A stretch of DNA of 33,690 nucleotides, taken from a virus. Taxonomy: Duplodnaviria; Caudoviricetes. This document shows positions 32,492 to 33,690 of the stretch, one piece after another (the stretch's first letter is position 1; each line of letters opens with the position of its first letter). Where the stretch lies: IMG/VR virus record IMGVR_UViG_3300007987_001205, positions 1 through 33,690 of that record; one strand, 5' to 3'. The position numbers were made by a program, and so were the translations under genes. The notes beneath the pieces are model-generated. The model saw only the letters and a program-made list of their open reading frames with translations. It searched no databases and was not told the DNA's origin.

Positions 32492-33690
32492 AGAACGGTT
32501 GGAAAAACCTCCCCCTCAAGGAGGTGTGTACGGTCTTCGCAGACGGAGATTGGATCGAAACCAAAGATCAGTCCCCATCTGGTATTCGTCTTATCCAGAC
32601 CGGCAATGTTGGCGCGGGTCTTTTCAAAAACCGTGAAGGTAAGGCGCGGTTCATTTCTGAACAAACTTTCCGTCGTCTTAAATGCACGGAAATCCTTCCG
32701 GGGGACTGTCTCGTGTCGCGCCTGCCGGACCCAGTCGGCCGCGCATGCCTTTTACCTAATATTGGCGAGAGAATGATCACTGCGGTCGATTGCACGATTG
32801 TTCGCCCAAAAAACAACATCCTTTTGCCGAAATTTTTGAATTACTATGCGTGCTCTTCAAAGTACCTTTCCGAGGTCGAAAAGAAGTGTACTGGAGCAAC
32901 GAGAAAGCGCATTAGTCGGAAAAACCTTGGGCTTGTTCCAATCCCCATCCCCCCGCTCCCCGAACAAAAGCGAATCGTCGGGATCCTAGATAAAGCCTTT
33001 GCGGAGATTGATCGTTCGATAGCAAATAGTCAGTCAAGCCTAACTCAGATCAGCAAGCTCATCGCATCGGTGCTTGAACGAGAATTCCAAAAGGCTTTAC
33101 AATTTGGATCCTCTCCTGTCGGCGAACTTGCAGACCACTGCCTGGGGAAAATGCTCGATAGGCGCAAGAACCAAGGAACCCCAAAGATGTACCTCAGGAA
33201 TATTAATGTCCGCTGGTTCGAATTTGACCTCAGCGATCTTCTTGAAATGCGCTTTAAGGATGATGAATTCGATCGATACTCCGCCAAGAAAGGCGATGTT
33301 CTGGTTTGCGAGGGTGGATATCCTGGTCGATGCGCCATCTGGACTAGTGATGAACCCATCTATTTTCAAAAGGCCCTGCATCGCGTCCGGTTCCATAACC
33401 CGCTCCATGCGAAATGGTTCATGTACTTCATGTTTTATTGCGATCAGGCGGGCCTCCTTCGACGGAAATTCACCGGCGCCGGCATACAGCACTTCACTGG
33501 TAAAGCCCTGAAGGTCTTCGAAGTGCCCATCATTGCAGACGATCAAATGAAACGCTCATTATCCTTGATCGAGGAACTCTTTACCGAATCTTCCAGGCTG
33601 ATCGAGAGCCACGGACGGAAGATTCAAACGCATAATGAGCTCAAGCAAGCGTTCATGGAAGAGCATTTCTCAAAGGGCGCCGAATCGTGA
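32488..33690 (+). CDS. hsdS: Type I R-M specificity subunit
   Basis: W..LKEV start, two TRDs, PIPPLPEQKRIVGILD conserved region; TTGA overlap with hsdM. Confidence 0.93.
   Translation: MKNGWKNLPLKEVCTVFADGDWIETKDQSPSGIRLIQTGNVGAGLFKNREGKARFISEQTFRRLKCTEILPGDCLVSRLPDPVGRACLLPNIGERMITAVDCTIVRPKNNILLPKFLNYYACSSKYLSEVEKKCTGATRKRISRKNLGLVPIPIPPLPEQKRIVGILDKAFAEIDRSIANSQSSLTQISKLIASVLEREFQKALQFGSSPVGELADHCLGKMLDRRKNQGTPKMYLRNINVRWFEFDLSDLLEMRFKDDEFDRYSAKKGDVLVCEGGYPGRCAIWTSDEPIYFQKALHRVRFHNPLHAKWFMYFMFYCDQAGLLRRKFTGAGIQHFTGKALKVFEVPIIADDQMKRSLSLIEELFTESSRLIESHGRKIQTHNELKQAFMEEHFSKGAES

Larger units (their letters stand above)
20206..33690. mobile_element. Phage-satellite-like (PICI/P4-like) integrative island with defence cargo; right end outside window
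   Basis: Own integrase, xis and P4-type primase-helicase; no capsid or tail genes in view; begins at the tRNA 3' end; lower-GC cargo. Confidence 0.75.

Noticed and set aside
20206-33690. Duplicated tRNA 3' end marking the island right boundary
   Set aside because: None found by eye in the window; the boundary is left undefined.

Overview
The window holds two mobile elements on either side of a single tRNA-Gly(GCC) gene (20132-20205). Left (1-20205) is part of a temperate tailed-phage prophage. It encodes an integrase and excisionase, an XRE repressor with an ImmA/IrrE-type peptidase, and GIY-YIG and JAB cargo genes. A leftward cascade follows: Cro-like, Com-like and sigma-like regulators, exonuclease, Sak4-like ATPase, a frameshifted SSB-like gene, SF2 helicase, primase-helicase, RusA, terminases and a portal-MuF fusion. 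Right (20206 to the window end) is a satellite-like island with no capsid genes in view: tyrosine integrase, excisionase, P4-type primase-helicase and defence cargo (GmrSD-like, TIGR04255/HicB/HicA-like trio, type I R-M). Four observations stand out. (1) An intein in the helicase DECH motif carries a Vsr/DUF559-type endonuclease as a separate gene nested in another reading frame, with its own AGGAGG RBS, while the intein frame stays open. (2) A DNA element between the prophage terminase genes recurs in the satellite (candidate hijacked packaging site). (3) A Com-like protein, an RBS-occluding hairpin, a sigma-like gene and two matching ECF-like promoters form a candidate regulatory cascade. 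(4) The integrase stop codon lies inside the tRNA. All family calls come from motif recognition by eye; no searches were run.
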